DNA of 64,000 bases from Parasitella parasitica NRRL 2501 (Eukaryota; Fungi; Mucoromycota). The notes beneath the pieces were generated by a model. It did not search any database. It was not told the origin of the DNA and worked only from the letters and a program-made list of their open reading frames with translations. Below are positions 50,299 through 63,466 of this stretch, one piece after another. The number at the start of each line of letters is the position of its first letter. Position 1 is the first letter of the stretch. Location of the stretch: the NCBI GenBank assembly GCA_025201805.1, contig MU619272.1, forward strand, positions 62,001 to 126,000, in the 5' to 3' direction. The position numbers and the translations under genes were made by a program.

Positions 50299-51314
50299 TT
50301 ATCTTCTAGTGCCTGGCTCTTCAGATGCACTGCCCATGGTCATCAGCATCAATGCGCCAGCTAGAATCAAATACCAATACTTTTGAAAGAACGATTTCTC
50401 TTCTATCTCGTTATCATCTGGAATTTCATCATTGACCTTGACTGCAGGTTTTTTAGACGTAGGTTGGGTCTTCTTTTGCGATGCAAAATTTCCAATCAAC
50501 GGCCTGTTATTAGCGTTACTATCAAAGTCTTGTCAACCTCATGATATGATGCTTACTTGGGGCCAGGAGTGGGCGTTTTGACTTTGATAACAGTAGTGAA
50601 TGGCTTTGTGACGATAGGATACTGACAGGTGATAGAGCGTTTACATTCGACCTTCTAATACATATTTTTTTTTTTTTTTTTTNNNNNNNNNNNNNNNNNN
50701 NNNNNNNNNNNNNNNNNNNNNNNNNNNNNNNNNNNNNNNNNNNNNNNNNNNNNNNNNTCATGTAGCTACGTACCTCAATATCTTGTGGGCAATTATCTGA
50801 ACTAGCATAGTAACTAAAATAGTAGAATTGATTGTTTTCATCCAAATTCAAAACAAACTCATCGCCCCAATTGCTTGCGACCATTTGACACTACTTGATC
50901 TTTTTAGCTTGTGACAAAAGCGCTGCAGCTTCCATAGCTTATTACCATCTTAACTGATTGCAAAAAGACATTTCCAGTACGCTCGTCTTTGAGTTTGATC
51001 TGGTAATACTCGTCTTTCTTACTCTTGAATTCGACAAATTCATTACTAGAGGGGATATATTCTGCAAGACCTGGGAGACCAACTATTTCGCCACGTTTAA
51101 TATAGTGTCCATCTTTCTGATGATAGACTATCAACGTTGTAGATGGCTTTTTATTTACCAAGTCAATAAAAGGGATCTTGCGTTTTCTCTGATATTGTAC
51201 ATTTCAACTTACTTGCTCGGATTCCTCTTGTTGTGCTAAAGCTAATTGACAGACAAACAGAATTGCTAATAGCATGCTGACTGTAAGCAAAGATAAACGC
51301 GACATAGCTAGCAT
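50299..51314 (-). CDS. EMC10: ER membrane protein complex subunit 10-like
   Basis: Signal peptide (MSRLSLLTVSMLLAILFVCQLALA), KRGEI, DEFVLNLD, C-terminal EKSFFQKYWYLILAGALMLM transmembrane segment. About 4 introns; the N gap is intronic. Confidence 0.8.
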
Positions 51315-51680
51315 TGCCGAGATATCAGTATATTTCGTAGCTGAAATCCCTTCTGTACTATTCCAGCCTACCTATACAATCTTTGCCGATGTTTTTGTTT
51401 ATGTTGGAAAGATATCTACTGCACATCAGGGCAAAATGAGTGCAAGCAAATTTTGTCGCGTAGTTTAAATCGACAAAACCATCTGCAACGGTAAACAACA
51501 TGTCAGGAATGCAAATTGTTTAATAACTTTAATGTTCTGATATGCGCCATTGTATACAATTATTGGAATAATCCAAGCTGTTTCTCAAGGGCAAACTCTT
51601 GATTTCACGTTCCAGCAAAGGCGTATAAAAGCATCACTGTTCCATTGGGCTTCTGTTATCTTTCAAGTTAGATTTAAATT

Positions 51681-53905
51681 ATGACTCGTCCATTGTCAAT
51701 TGTGCTGTCAGTCTTACTTGTGGCATCTACTACTTTAGTGCAAGCAATAGGTGGTAGAAGCCGCATGATGTTCTTGAGAGATGTGGACGAGAACTTTGAT
51801 CAATGCAGAGGCTCTGGCTGGGAAAATGACATGGAAAAAAAAAAAAAAAAAAAAGGCCTTGCTTGAATCGAGCAAAAGAGCTGCAATTCACTGTATCATG
51901 CTTGCTTAGTTGACTAGATTTACTGGTATCTTTTTTGGCGATTTTTACACTGGCGGCTCTCAAGACATTTTGGGTTCTCTTGCTGTGGAGGGCAACATGC
52001 ATGCCCCTAACTACATTGTTAATGCGAACCATGTAGAGCTCTTACCAAACAGGATTACGCACATGTGCTAATAGTCTGGCAAATAGGGTGCCGACTGTAG
52101 TAGTCCTGGCTCTTTGAATTCATACGGTCTAGTCGTTGGTGGCACCATTGATACTTTTAATACGCATGTACACGGGAACGCCTACATTGCTGGCGGTGGC
52201 ACCACTGAAGAGGTTTTGGAACTGGAAAAAGGCTGTTTTGTCACTGACCAAGAAGGAACAGGTATATTTGACTTTGTCCTAGTGAAAGATTTACTTCAAT
52301 CATCTTCTGAGGATTTCGCCAGCTATCCTGCCACCTCGATTCTGGAACCAGACGGATCGCTCACTGAGCTTCGAAATAGCGAGCTGGGTTATTACGAGAT
52401 TTTAACATTCAATACCTGTGGAGAAGCTGCCTGCAGCGCTGATCCAGACACTGAATCTGATCCTAATGCTATTTTCTTGAATATTGGTAACTGGAACGGC
52501 GTGCAAGGCCCCAAAGTTAATCCTAACAAAACCTACGTGTTTAATGTATGTAGATGCAAAAAAAAAAAAAAAAAACTTCTATACCAAACCCGCTTGCTGA
52601 TCTACCAGTGTAAAAATCACAGATTCCAGTTAAAAACGGTGCTACTTTCACAATGAGCTCAAATCACCCTTCTAATGGCTTCAACCCCTGTAACGTAATC
52701 TATAACGTTTACCCTGTTGATGATAATGGTGCATTCTTGGCTGATGGCGAATTCACTTTTGTCCGGAAAACTTCTAATCAACTAGGCGGTTTTGTGTTGG
52801 CACCCAGAGGTACATACATGGTATCACTTTTGCATATTATTCTTTTATTGGGCTAAACTTTACAACAAACATAGGACATATCGTGGATGGTAGCACTGGT
52901 AATTTTGCAGGCACCATTGTCGGTATGGATTACACTTGGGAAAACATGAATGCCGGCGTCGAAATCCATGATTATGCATCGGCAGGTGGCAATTGTGATC
53001 AATACTTGGGCTGTATTCCTAACCATGTAACCACCACACCATCGATGACTGTAACTCCCACTGAGACATCAACAAAAAGCAAATCCAGAACTCGCACTTG
53101 GCCGACTACTATATCCGTAAACACCAGTGCTCTTACCAGGTTTCTCTTTTGGAATGCAATTGCAAAGCCCACTATTGAAGTTGACTTTACTGTTAAAGAA
53201 ACGACCACAGAGACAACAACTAGAACTACCAGTCTGCCATTATCCACAACTGCCATTGACACCTCGTACGAACAAATAACGTCTGTTCCAATTACATTGG
53301 AAACGACTTCCACTATCGTCATAACAATCGTTACCACGGATTCAGAGGGAGACCCCACAGTCATCACAACAACCTCAATTAATATCGACGACATCACCAG
53401 CTTTACAGAGGAAACTACAACCATTACCGAGCTGACTTCCACCATCTACTCTGAGACTACAGTTACTGAAGAAATAACAGAGGTTGTTACAACGATTGAA
53501 ACTATGGAAACATTTCCAGAAACGACCTGCATAGAAAATAGCCCCAACGTGGTCACCGTTGATTCTACAGTTACAGAAACCATTGCCGATGTTACAGACA
53601 GAGCCACAGCCACGGTGCCAAGTGATATTAAAACTGTCACTGTCACCACAGATGTTGTCAAGACAACCGAGGCCGACGCTGTTTTTTCTGTCACTGACTA
53701 CGTGACGACCAAGGAAAAGTACCAGATCGACCGTGTAACTGGAACAGTGACAGAATGTGATGCTAACTTGAACACTTGTGCTACCATCACGTTTGATGAC
53801 GGGAAGCATTCCAAGACGTACGGTGGTGAACATGACGGACATCACCACGGGTTTGGCAAAAAATGCGACGAAGAGGATGATGATGATAGTAACGATAGAT
53901 ACTAG
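51681..53905 (+). CDS. Secreted choice-of-anchor-A (putative adhesin / ice-binding-like) domain protein with Thr-rich stalk, paralog 1
   Basis: Signal peptide; FTGIFFGDF....DILGSLAVEGN, YGLVVGG, CNVIYN, GFVLAP.GHI.DGSTGNFAG.IVG; Thr/Glu-rich region; His/Asp-rich tail. 4 introns. Confidence 0.7.
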
Positions 53906-54111
53906 ATTACGGCACAATAAAATTACATACATAGTTAAAGTTTAATTTGATCGAGGAATGTTGGCTGGCATTGTTGTATTCAATAATACCTGAAGCGTGA
54001 GTTTGTTTGTTTGCTTGTTGCAGATAGAATTTTGACGGAAGGCCTATAGGCCTTGCATAAATACAGCAGAATTTCAGTTTTTTTTTTTGCAGTATCACTA
54101 TATTCAACACT

Positions 54112-55948
54112 ATGGGTCGTATTTTATCCTCAATTCTGACCGTATTTTTCATATCGTCGAGCTTTGTCCAAGCTCAGCGAGGCCTTTTTCCTCGTGCCGT
54201 ATCATCGAGTATAGAAATATGTTTTGGAAACGATTGGCAATTTGATGTAGTAAGTTGAGAGAGTGCTTTCACACTAGGCAATATTCCAATTCTAAGCAAA
54301 TGCATAGACAACCAGATTTACTGGAATCTTTTTTGGTGATTTTTACACTGGCGATGGCACTGACATCCTTGGTGGTCTTGCTGTAGAAGGAAACTTTCAT
54401 GCTCCAGATTATGTTGTCAATGCTAATCATGTAAGTTTTTTTTTGTACCATATCGCTGATGACATAATGTCAACACATGTATGTAGGGCGCAAATTGTTC
54501 AGCAGTCGACTCTTTAAACTCTTATGGCCTCGTTGTTGGGGGTATCACTACCACGACCAATACCCAAGTACATGGTTCTGCTTATCTCAGTATGGGTGGC
54601 ACTGTCAATGAAGTGAAAGAACTGGAGGGAGGATGCATTGTCACAGACGAATTAGGCACTGGTATCTTTGACTTTAAACAGGTCAAAGAAATGGCAATTG
54701 TATCCAATGCGGATTTTGCACATTTTACGCCCACTGCAATTTTAAACCCTGATGGAACCATCACTTATACGCGCGGCGATGAGTTGACTCTATATGAAAT
54801 TTTCGGGTTTCATTCGTGTGCTGGTCAAATCTGCAGCCAGTATACTTCGTTGGAGTCTGATCCTAGCGCTATTTTCTTTGGTGAAGGCAACTGGAATGGT
54901 GTACAAGGCTCAACCATCGATCCACTGAAAACTTATGTAATGAATGTAGGTCGCTTTCGCCAAAAACAGTATACATCTCGATGTTAAACGTCGCTTTAGA
55001 TTCCTGTATTAGATGGCGATACTATTGTGATCGACAGCAATAATCCATCTCTCGGATTCAATCCCTGTAAACTGATTTACAACTTTTATCCCGTGGATGC
55101 TTTCGGCAACTACTTGCCAGAAGGAGAATTCACGCTTATTCGAAGAACTGCTAATCAGTTTGGTGGATTTACACTGGCCCCTAGAGGTAAATATCAGCGC
55201 TCCTAAACTACGAATGCCGGGACTAAATTCAACTTGTACCGTAGGCCATATCGTTGATGGTAGTGTCGGCAACTTTGCTGGCAATATCGTTGGTCTCGAC
55301 TATACCTGGGAAAACTTGAATGCAGGTGTTGAGATTCACGATTACCATGCTGCAGGCGGTGATTGCGATTACTATGAGGGTTGTATCCCAGTGCACGTTG
55401 ATGAGCCTTCAATCAGCATAACAATCCCCACCTATACCTTTAGTAGCACTTCATATTCGCCCTCTGATTCCGTTATCACCTGGAGCCGTCCTTCGATTGA
55501 CATCAGTACCTATGATTCTTGCACTGCAGACATAACAGACACCGAAACAGTGACAACCACTGACACAGATACAGTCACTGTAACAATCGCCTCCAGTATA
55601 GATACCATCACTCAAACGGTTGGTACTGTAACCGAGACTGAATCTATCACTGAAACAGATGTGGTCACGAAGACCCTAATCGTTATCAAGCCAACCACTA
55701 TCATACGTACCTATACTTCATGCGGTCAAGCAACTGAGACTGTTACCGAAACTGTCGTTGAACAAGTAACTACTGATTGCGATTACCATACACATCATCA
55801 CGATGACAGCCATAAAGGACATCATCATGGGCCCGATGAAGAGTGCGATGAAGATGATGACCAAGATGATAATTACAAGCAGGCCAAGAAAGATGGCAAA
55901 GACGATGAAGACGAGGAGGATGAGGAGGATGAGAAAGATTATAAATAA
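54112..55948 (+). CDS. Secreted choice-of-anchor-A-like domain protein with Thr-rich stalk, paralog 2
   Basis: MGRILSSILTVFFISSSFVQAQ signal peptide; same motifs and same four intron positions as paralog 1 (e.g. DYTWEN.NAGVEIHDY..AGG.C); HTHHHDDSHKGHHHG and acidic tail. Confidence 0.7.
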
Positions 55949-56015
55949 AGCATTGAATTTTTTTTTTTCTCTCTCAATTCCGCCGTTTTCATTAGTGTTT
56001 TTTTACTCCCATATA

Positions 56016-56924
56016 ATGAGCAGAGATATACCAGCTGACAAAGACGAACTCGCAATTGGAACTGTAATATTCACAGCAGGAGATACCAAAGTAAATGACC
56101 ATAACATTCGTGAATGACCAGCACAGCCTTGACGCTTTCCGCCCTTTTTTTTTTTTTTTTTTTTTTTAAAAAATAGCAACAAGCTGATTATTGGGACGAC
56201 AGCGAGCTAATAGATCACTGGGATAAAACAGTGGAAGCGTACAGAGTAAGACAGACGTCTGCGCTTGGTTGATACGTACAACTAACACGCAGACCATAGA
56301 AGCAAAGCTCTAGTCAAACTGAGCAAGTAGCGACGGATCCACCTTATCACAAAAGAAAAGCAGAGTATGGGTATGGGTATGGGTATGGGGTTTTTTTTTT
56401 AAGTTGGCAATAGCAAAGCCAATCAATAGATTAACATCAGATTTTTTAACAGCAATAAATTTAGGCAGGGCCACGTAACAAAAAAACAGGTAATGAATGT
56501 ACAATGGGTTCCTAGCTACAAGCTTAAACGATTGACATGTCAGCTTTTAGCCCTCACTGCCAAAGAAAATTGTTCAAACATCCAGACCCGCAGTAAGCCC
56601 AAATGGACATTTCATAGTAATATGCTGTTTGCGAATTTAAAAACCAATACTTACATAGCTGCGGAAAGAGTTTGAATCAAACGCTAGACAGCAAGGATCG
56701 ATCCCGACTACTAATACACTTACTAATGCTCAAGGTAACTACGGCTGTTGTTGCAACATTGTAAAGTCTCATTCCGAGAATATTAATCTAGATGATCTTT
56801 CTAATCTAATGATGGCCTGGTACTACTGTGGATACTACACTGGCCTCCATCAGGTAAAAGTGCATGATTGGCACGGAAATTGCAATTACTGCTACTAACC
56901 ATTTGGCATTAGGGACAGCAGTGA
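56016..56924 (+). CDS. SMN1: Survival motor neuron (SMN)-like protein, many micro-exons
   Basis: Not in the ORF track as one piece. DYWDDSELIDHWDKTVEAYR (Gemin2-binding motif) at about 56186-56245 and DLSNLMMAWYYCGYYTGLHQ (YG box) at about 56792-56853. Internal exon boundaries are uncertain. Confidence 0.8.
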
Positions 56925-57047
56925 TAGCGATGCAAACCGCAGCAGAACCAACAGAATTCATCTGCACGCCGCAGTCACCCAAGACGCCCACTCATTTATA
57001 AGAATAAAGACTTGAATCCATACATTTTCCTGTTGTAAAGCATTTTC

Positions 57048-60000
57048 ATGAGTAGCTCTGAACAAGTTGCCGTCTCTCAAAGAACGGCTCATGCCACTAA
57101 TCACGGCAATCACGACACGGCAGGTCCCTCTAAACCACAACCAGCACCTGATGCTGCTCCCAAGAAGAACAGAAGACGAAACAACAGAGGGAAAAAAAAG
57201 GATCCCAATGCTTTGAATGCTACAGAAGCTGGAGCACCAAAAGCGGAAGAAATCTCTGCAGATAACGGCTCGAAAAAACCAGCTAATAACAACGACAGCA
57301 AACCAAACAGAAAGCCAAAACAACAAGACAGTTCTTCGCCATCTAGTGCCCGCATCAGTAAAAATCGAGCTCAAGGCCGGTTAACTGAACCAGACAAGTC
57401 GCAAATTGAGGAGCCCAACAGCAACAATGATACAGCCTCAACTTTGTCTAAATCCCAAAAGAGAGGCAACCACAGCAGATCCCGAAAGAATCATCGCTTG
57501 CCCAAATTGCCTTCTGGCGACCACGACATGGCCACTGTCCTGTCTCACGACTTGAGGACATCGACTTACGAGTGCATGGTTTGCATGGATGTTGTCAAGC
57601 CAGCGCACCACGTCTGGAGTTGCGATTGTTGTTGGGCCGTATTCCACCTGAACTGTGTGCAGACTTGGGCTGGCAGATCGTTGAAAGGTAAGTAATATTG
57701 ATTTTTGGGTTGAGGCGGCCTTTTCCTGAAAATGGGCTGTAGATACATCATCAAATAAAATGATAACCGGTTGGAGATGTCCTGGCTGTCAGAATAGCAA
57801 AATGGTAGTTCCCAAGGACTACTTTTGTTTCTGTGGCAAGCAGCGCAACCCAGAACTATCGAGATACAATACACCTCATAGCTGCGATCAGCTGTGCAAA
57901 AGACATAAATCATGTCCTCATGAATGCGTCCTGTAAGTGATATATTATATATACATATATATATAATATATTTATTAGTGATCCCTCTGCTAACTGCCAT
58001 GTACACAGACCTTGCCATCCCGGTCCCTGTCCTCCTTGTAGCTTGATGGGTCCTGTCATGACCTGTTTCTGCGGCACAAATACTCGCCAAGCAAGATGTG
58101 TAGACACAGATTACTCGACCAAAGGATTTTCATGTGCCGAGGTTTGTGATGAATTGTTGGGCTGCGGTAAGCATCGATGTGAACAGCCTTGTCATGCTGG
58201 TGTGTGTGCCCCTTGCCAAATGCAGGAAGTACAATCGTGTTACTGCGGACGTCATGAAAGAACTGCTCGTTGTGGAAGTGGAAAACAAGTTCAATTGCGT
58301 GGTCATATAGGCTATTATAGTTGTGCAGAGAAATGCGATACGTAAGTAAATTATTGGGAGAGAGAGAGAGGGAGAGAGAGCTTTGCCGAGTACTATATGC
58401 TAAATTCGGCCCTCTTATTAGTGTATATTTATGTGGCCAACATCATTGTCAAAAGTCATGTCATCCGTGTTCTGCCAATTCACAGGTGTGTCCTTTTGAC
58501 CCAATTATCATCAAGAACTGTCCCTGTGGAAACCATTCCGTTGTCGAGTTGCTAAAGGGTAAAAGTAGAGAAACATGCACAGATCCCATACCTACATGTA
58601 AATCCACCTGCAACAAGTTATCCGCCTGCGGCCACCCTTGCTCCGAGAAATGTCATTTGGGAGACTGCCCACCTTGCCAAGTTGATGTTGATATCCCTTG
58701 TCGCTGTCAGTCTAGCACTTTTAAAGAATCCTGCGCCGATGTATGCGAAGCTACCGGTGGTGAACCTCCTCTCTGCGAGCGGGTTTGTAAATCCATGCGT
58801 AACTGCGGACGCCATCAGTGTGCTGTGAAATGCTGTACGGCTATGAAGCTAAACGGGAAAAGAAAGCCTGGCTACGAGTTTCTGCATGATTGTCCTGAGA
58901 AATGCAACCAATTGCTTTCTTGCGGTAATCATCGCTGTCAAGATATGTGTCATAAAGGAAAGTGTCTGCCTTGTCTGGAGGCTACGTTTGACGATGTTAC
59001 GTGTAATTGTGGCCGCACACGACTTGAGCCTCCTGTTCGCTGCGGAACCAAGCTGCCAGCTTGTCCTCATCCGTGTATTCGACCTAATCCATGCGGTCAT
59101 ATTCGCTTTTTGAATCACAATTGTCATCCTGATGATGAACCCTGCCCGCCATGTCCTGCTTTGGTTATGCGTCATTGTCTTTGTGGTAAGACTGAATTGA
59201 AAAATGTGCCTTGTTTTCGCGAATCTCCTCGTTGTGGCAGGCCTTGCGAAAAAGAATTAAGCTGCGGTAAGCATGTATGTCTCAAATCGTGTCATAACGG
59301 TCCCTGTATCACACAAAAGGAAAGTTGCACGCAAACCTGCGGTGGCCAAAGAGCAACGTGTGGACATCCTTGTCAGCAAAAGTGCCATGCCGGTGCTTGC
59401 CCTGAGGATGAACCTTGTACTACTAGAATCAAAGTTGCCTGCAAGTGTGGTCAAAATAGCCTGGAAATCCCTTGCAATGTAACATCAGAGTCCAGCGGCT
59501 CCAAGAGGGATCTGGATTGCAATGATTTTTGTGTCAAGGTTTTGCGCAATCGACGTCTAGCTTTGGCCTTCGACATCAAACGCGACAACTTTGGTACACC
59601 CACTTTGCCCTCTTTATCCGGTACTTCAAACTTGGAATCCAGGCATTTGTCTTCTGATGATCTTGGTTACTACGATGACTCTTTGTGTGAATTTTACGTG
59701 GAAAATGCAGTATGGTGCAAGCATATGGAGAACTCAATGATGGAGTTTGCACAGGATACTGAAAAGAAGACCTTCCACTGCAAGCCGATGCGAAGCGAAT
59801 ATCGTCGTTTTATTCATCGTTATGCAGTCCATTTCAACATTGCTACAGAAGCTATAGACCAAGAGCCCAAACGCTCTATCATCTTGCGCAAGTCGCTCGG
59901 TCCTTGCAGAATTCCTTCCATCCTATTGTCGCGCGCCGCTCGTAATCCCTCCCTGAACCGTGCGCCCACTACAGTACAAGGCATCCAAGCTGACACTCGT

Positions 60001-60726
60001 GGACGCTCTGCTTCCAGACAGCCCGTAAACGCATTGTATTTGTCAGACATGGCATTTGGATTAACAAAGTTGGAGCTGGATGCTGATCTAAAGCCTCTCA
60101 TAAAGATTGGGGACGATACAATCCACTTTAGTTCCAACTGGGTCAATGAAAATGATGCCATAGTCATCCCATCCATCAGCGATGATATTTCAATGGACGA
60201 AAAAGAATCTATCATTTGGCAACTCAAGAAAACCGTGAAGGCTGCGTTTGTGTCCAGTAATGGCTCCGCTGAAAGTAAGGCTGCACGCATTGATTGCTGT
60301 TGGGTAAATCAAAAGGGGCAAGTAACCTGGAATGAAAAGCATCTGTTAGCGGCCAAGACTGATGTTAGCCCATCAGCAAGTACTTTAACTGGTGCCAAAT
60401 ATCGATTCGTAAACACGTATGAAGCCCTCAAGACTGTGGATGATGATGGTTGGATGAAGGTCGGTGGGGACAACCCTTATAGACCTGTCAAAGACGCCTG
60501 GATTGAATCACCCAAGAAGAATGTCAGTCCATCAATGTCTCCTGTTATTATTGCTGCTGCTGCTCCCGATGTGTCATCTTCTGGACAGAATGTTGATGAT
60601 ATTGAAATCGTCGATAAAGAGACTGCTGTTCATGGTGGAGAGTCGGCTGCATCCAGCAAAGAAGAGCAAGAAGAAGAAGACTCCAATATTTCTGATGATT
60701 GGGAAACTCTGTTGAATGACGAGTAG
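57048..60726 (+). CDS. FAP1: NFX1/Fap1/shuttle-craft-like protein (RING, NF-X1 zinc fingers, R3H)
   Basis: YECMVC...VWSC..CWAVFHL.C...W, WRCPGCQ, repeated CG.H.C...CH.G.C..C fingers, R3H (PMRSEYRRFIHRYA). 3 introns. Confidence 0.93.
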
Positions 60727-60877
60727 TTATATACATAGAACATACCACCCCTTTTTTACACTGTAATTTTTTTTGCATCGTCCCTTTTGTTTCGAATAAA
60801 GTAAATACACATGAAATTAAACGACGATGTATGTGCTGTTTTATTCAATGGCCAAGATAAAGACGATGTATTTGCCG

Positions 60878-61668
60878 CTATGATAATCCCACCCGTTTGC
60901 GCGCATGATGTACCAAACGTACAGAATTCACCAAAACACTCTCATCCGCCGTTTTTAAATTTGGTAATGGTATACTAAAGGTTGCCGGTGGGATATAACA
61001 GTTGTTTTCCAAAGGCTTAATAAGGACGCCTGTTACCGGGGTGAGTCGGATTGTTTGTGAAGCATCTGGCAACTCTGGTGAATCCGCTGGCAAGTCAGAA
61101 TCTACCATAGAGGCGCTTGAAGATGAACTTGCTGGTGATGTTGTTGCATTTTGGGAACGGTTTCTGGCAGCCTCGCATACACTGCACTTGCAATTCAGCT
61201 TAACCTGCTTTGATTCGCTCGACGCATCCAGCCAAATCAAATGTTGCAAAAAGGACGCTAATATAGAGATGCATTAACTATTTGGATATTTGAACCAGCT
61301 TTATCGAAAATGTACATGCCTATGCTGTAAAACGACTTTTTAGATGGGTGTCCAGTGATAACAAATCTACCTTTATACTCCAAAATATATCCCTTTGGGA
61401 GTGATTTTAAAATGATCGAAACTTATACAGGCATACACGGAAATCAGTTTGTAACAAGTTGAAAACTATAAATAGGCCTTTTATAATTACCCTTCTTAGG
61501 CTTATGCTTTCGTCGATGTTGAAACAGGCCCACCCCGAGTCTCTGCATAGCATTCCTACTTTGTTTTTCAGTTGGTTGACGTCTTTGATTTGGTGCAGCA
61601 TGTGGCAATCTTGCATCAGATTTGGAGGGGGGATCCAACTGAATAATCTCTTCGTGTGATTTGGGCAT
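60878..61668 (-). CDS. Small protein with Clr2 N-terminal (cryptic loci regulator 2)-like domain
   Basis: Exons 61668-61491, 61421-61320 and 61257-60878 give ILKSLPKGYILE...GHPSKKSFYSIASFLQHLIWL....NCKCSVC. The second intron needs a GC donor. Confidence 0.72.
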
Positions 61669-63016
61669 TGACCGTGCGTGCTTCTGGAAGTTGAAAAAAA
61701 AAAAAAAAAAAAAGTGAAAAACACAGGTCGATTTGAAGTCTCCCCCTCCTCTTTTATTGGCGATTTCGCGCCCAAAAAACATTTGATGTTCTGAAGACTG
61801 CGCTGAAGCTCCATCTCTTATATTTTATCAGCAAATATCTTCACGTGAATAAAAAGAAGGAAAAACGATTATATCAAGATGTTTGAATTGAGGAACAAAA
61901 AGTTCGAATTGCTTCGTCAAGACTTCAACACCGAGATGTTTGCATACTGTATCGTCTTTTTTTTGTAATTCACGGACGGCTCAGTCATTGTCCTGGTTTA
62001 CAAAGACCAATATTAGGTTATCAATATCCAAAGGGGCAAGGGTCGCTCGATGATACCGTAAACAATACATTACATTTGCATTTGATTGCTTGTTGTGCTA
62101 TGACGTTCAGCATATAATAGAGATTGAATTTAGCTCGAACTTAAGTGTTTTTCCTTTCGTAAATCGGTACTAGTATGAATTCATTCGAAAATGTGCTTGA
62201 TTCTTAAATATTGCATCACCAAATGAAAAATTAAATCCATCTTTAAAGCATTTTAAGGTAGCAAGACTCATAGCAACCATTAAATCAAAATTAAATGGAC
62301 TTTATAGTATCTTCGCTGGTTTACAAAGACGGCAGCTTTTTTTTTTTCTGCATTTCGCAAACAGAGTGTTCTGTATCTTCCAAAACATCCTATTTTAGTT
62401 TATCCAAAAATTCAACCTACGGATGTGGAATTAGTGGTCTAGACATGTAAAGGTGATCCTTGCAGTCATTTTCATCTATAAATTCATTGGTAAAAACTTT
62501 TGTTTAAGAGGTCAAAACCTGAATTAAAGGGATTTGACGGATTTTCGCCTATACTTGTAAGGGGCTGAAGGCCCAAAAGGCCCAAAAAAAAATATGGATC
62601 GTTCCTTCGAGATGTGGTACGGAGTTCTGGCTTGGTTAGAGCTCCAGAAAATGCGAATAAACGGATTTAAAATCGTCTAATTGAGGGGATATCTTGACAA
62701 AAATGAGTATAATACACTGCCAACATTCCTAAAGAAGGTTGTGTTATGGCGTAGTACTTGCTGTGGTTTAAAGACATTCAATGGATAAAGTAAAACAAAC
62801 CTCAGAAAGAATGTTATCTAATATATAGAGTCAAAGGCGTAATGAGATCGTAAACCATTTCAATGAAATAATCATATTTTTGTTATTGGGAACGCATATG
62901 GGTAATGTTTTGCATGTTGTTATAATGTGCGGATGAGTTGTGCAATAAAAGAGGAAAGGTAATATACAAAATATTGGGGAAAAAAAAAAAAAAAAAAAAG
63001 GCTAGATGTGCTGGAT

Positions 63017-63466
63017 TTAACGTTCTTCAAAATCCCAAAAGATGATCATATCATGGGAATTCAATTCGAATTCAAATTCTACGTCCTCCAAGAACTGAAT
63101 TTCATGAACTAACAAAGCAGGTATAACGCAATCCTCATTTTCACGCAGCAAGTATGCTTGACTTGTTTGCAAATCATCGATTTGAATTGAGCCAGAAAGA
63201 ATTGTTATACGAGACATTGTTGGGAAATGATGGGGAGGCTGAATTGGAACAAACTCAGTATGACAGACAAAAGCAAACAAACAGATGATCAAGCTTACCA
63301 ATGAAGTTCCAGCTCTAAATTTCATTGTGGTCTTAAGAAAAGGTGTCTTGATGATATTTTTCCATTCACCACCCAAACAAGCAGGAAAATGAGGGATAGG
63401 AGTATATTGATCTGTGGTGGGAGTAGCCTTGCTGACAGAAGTTGAGGCAGATGTTGAAGAAATCAT
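63017..63466 (-). CDS. Small cupin (RmlC-like) protein
   Basis: Removing a 60-nt GT-AG intron (63239-63298) gives KFRAGTSLPPHHFP....ITILSGSI....LRENEDCVIPALLVHEI, matching cupin motifs 1 and 2. Confidence 0.72.
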   Translation of the reverse strand: MISSTSASTSVSKATPTTDQYTPIPHFPACLGGEWKNIIKTPFLKTTMKFRAGTSLVSLIICLFAFVCHTEFVPIQPPHHFPTMSRITILSGSIQIDDLQTSQAYLLRENEDCVIPALLVHEIQFLEDVEFEFELNSHDMIIFWDFEER

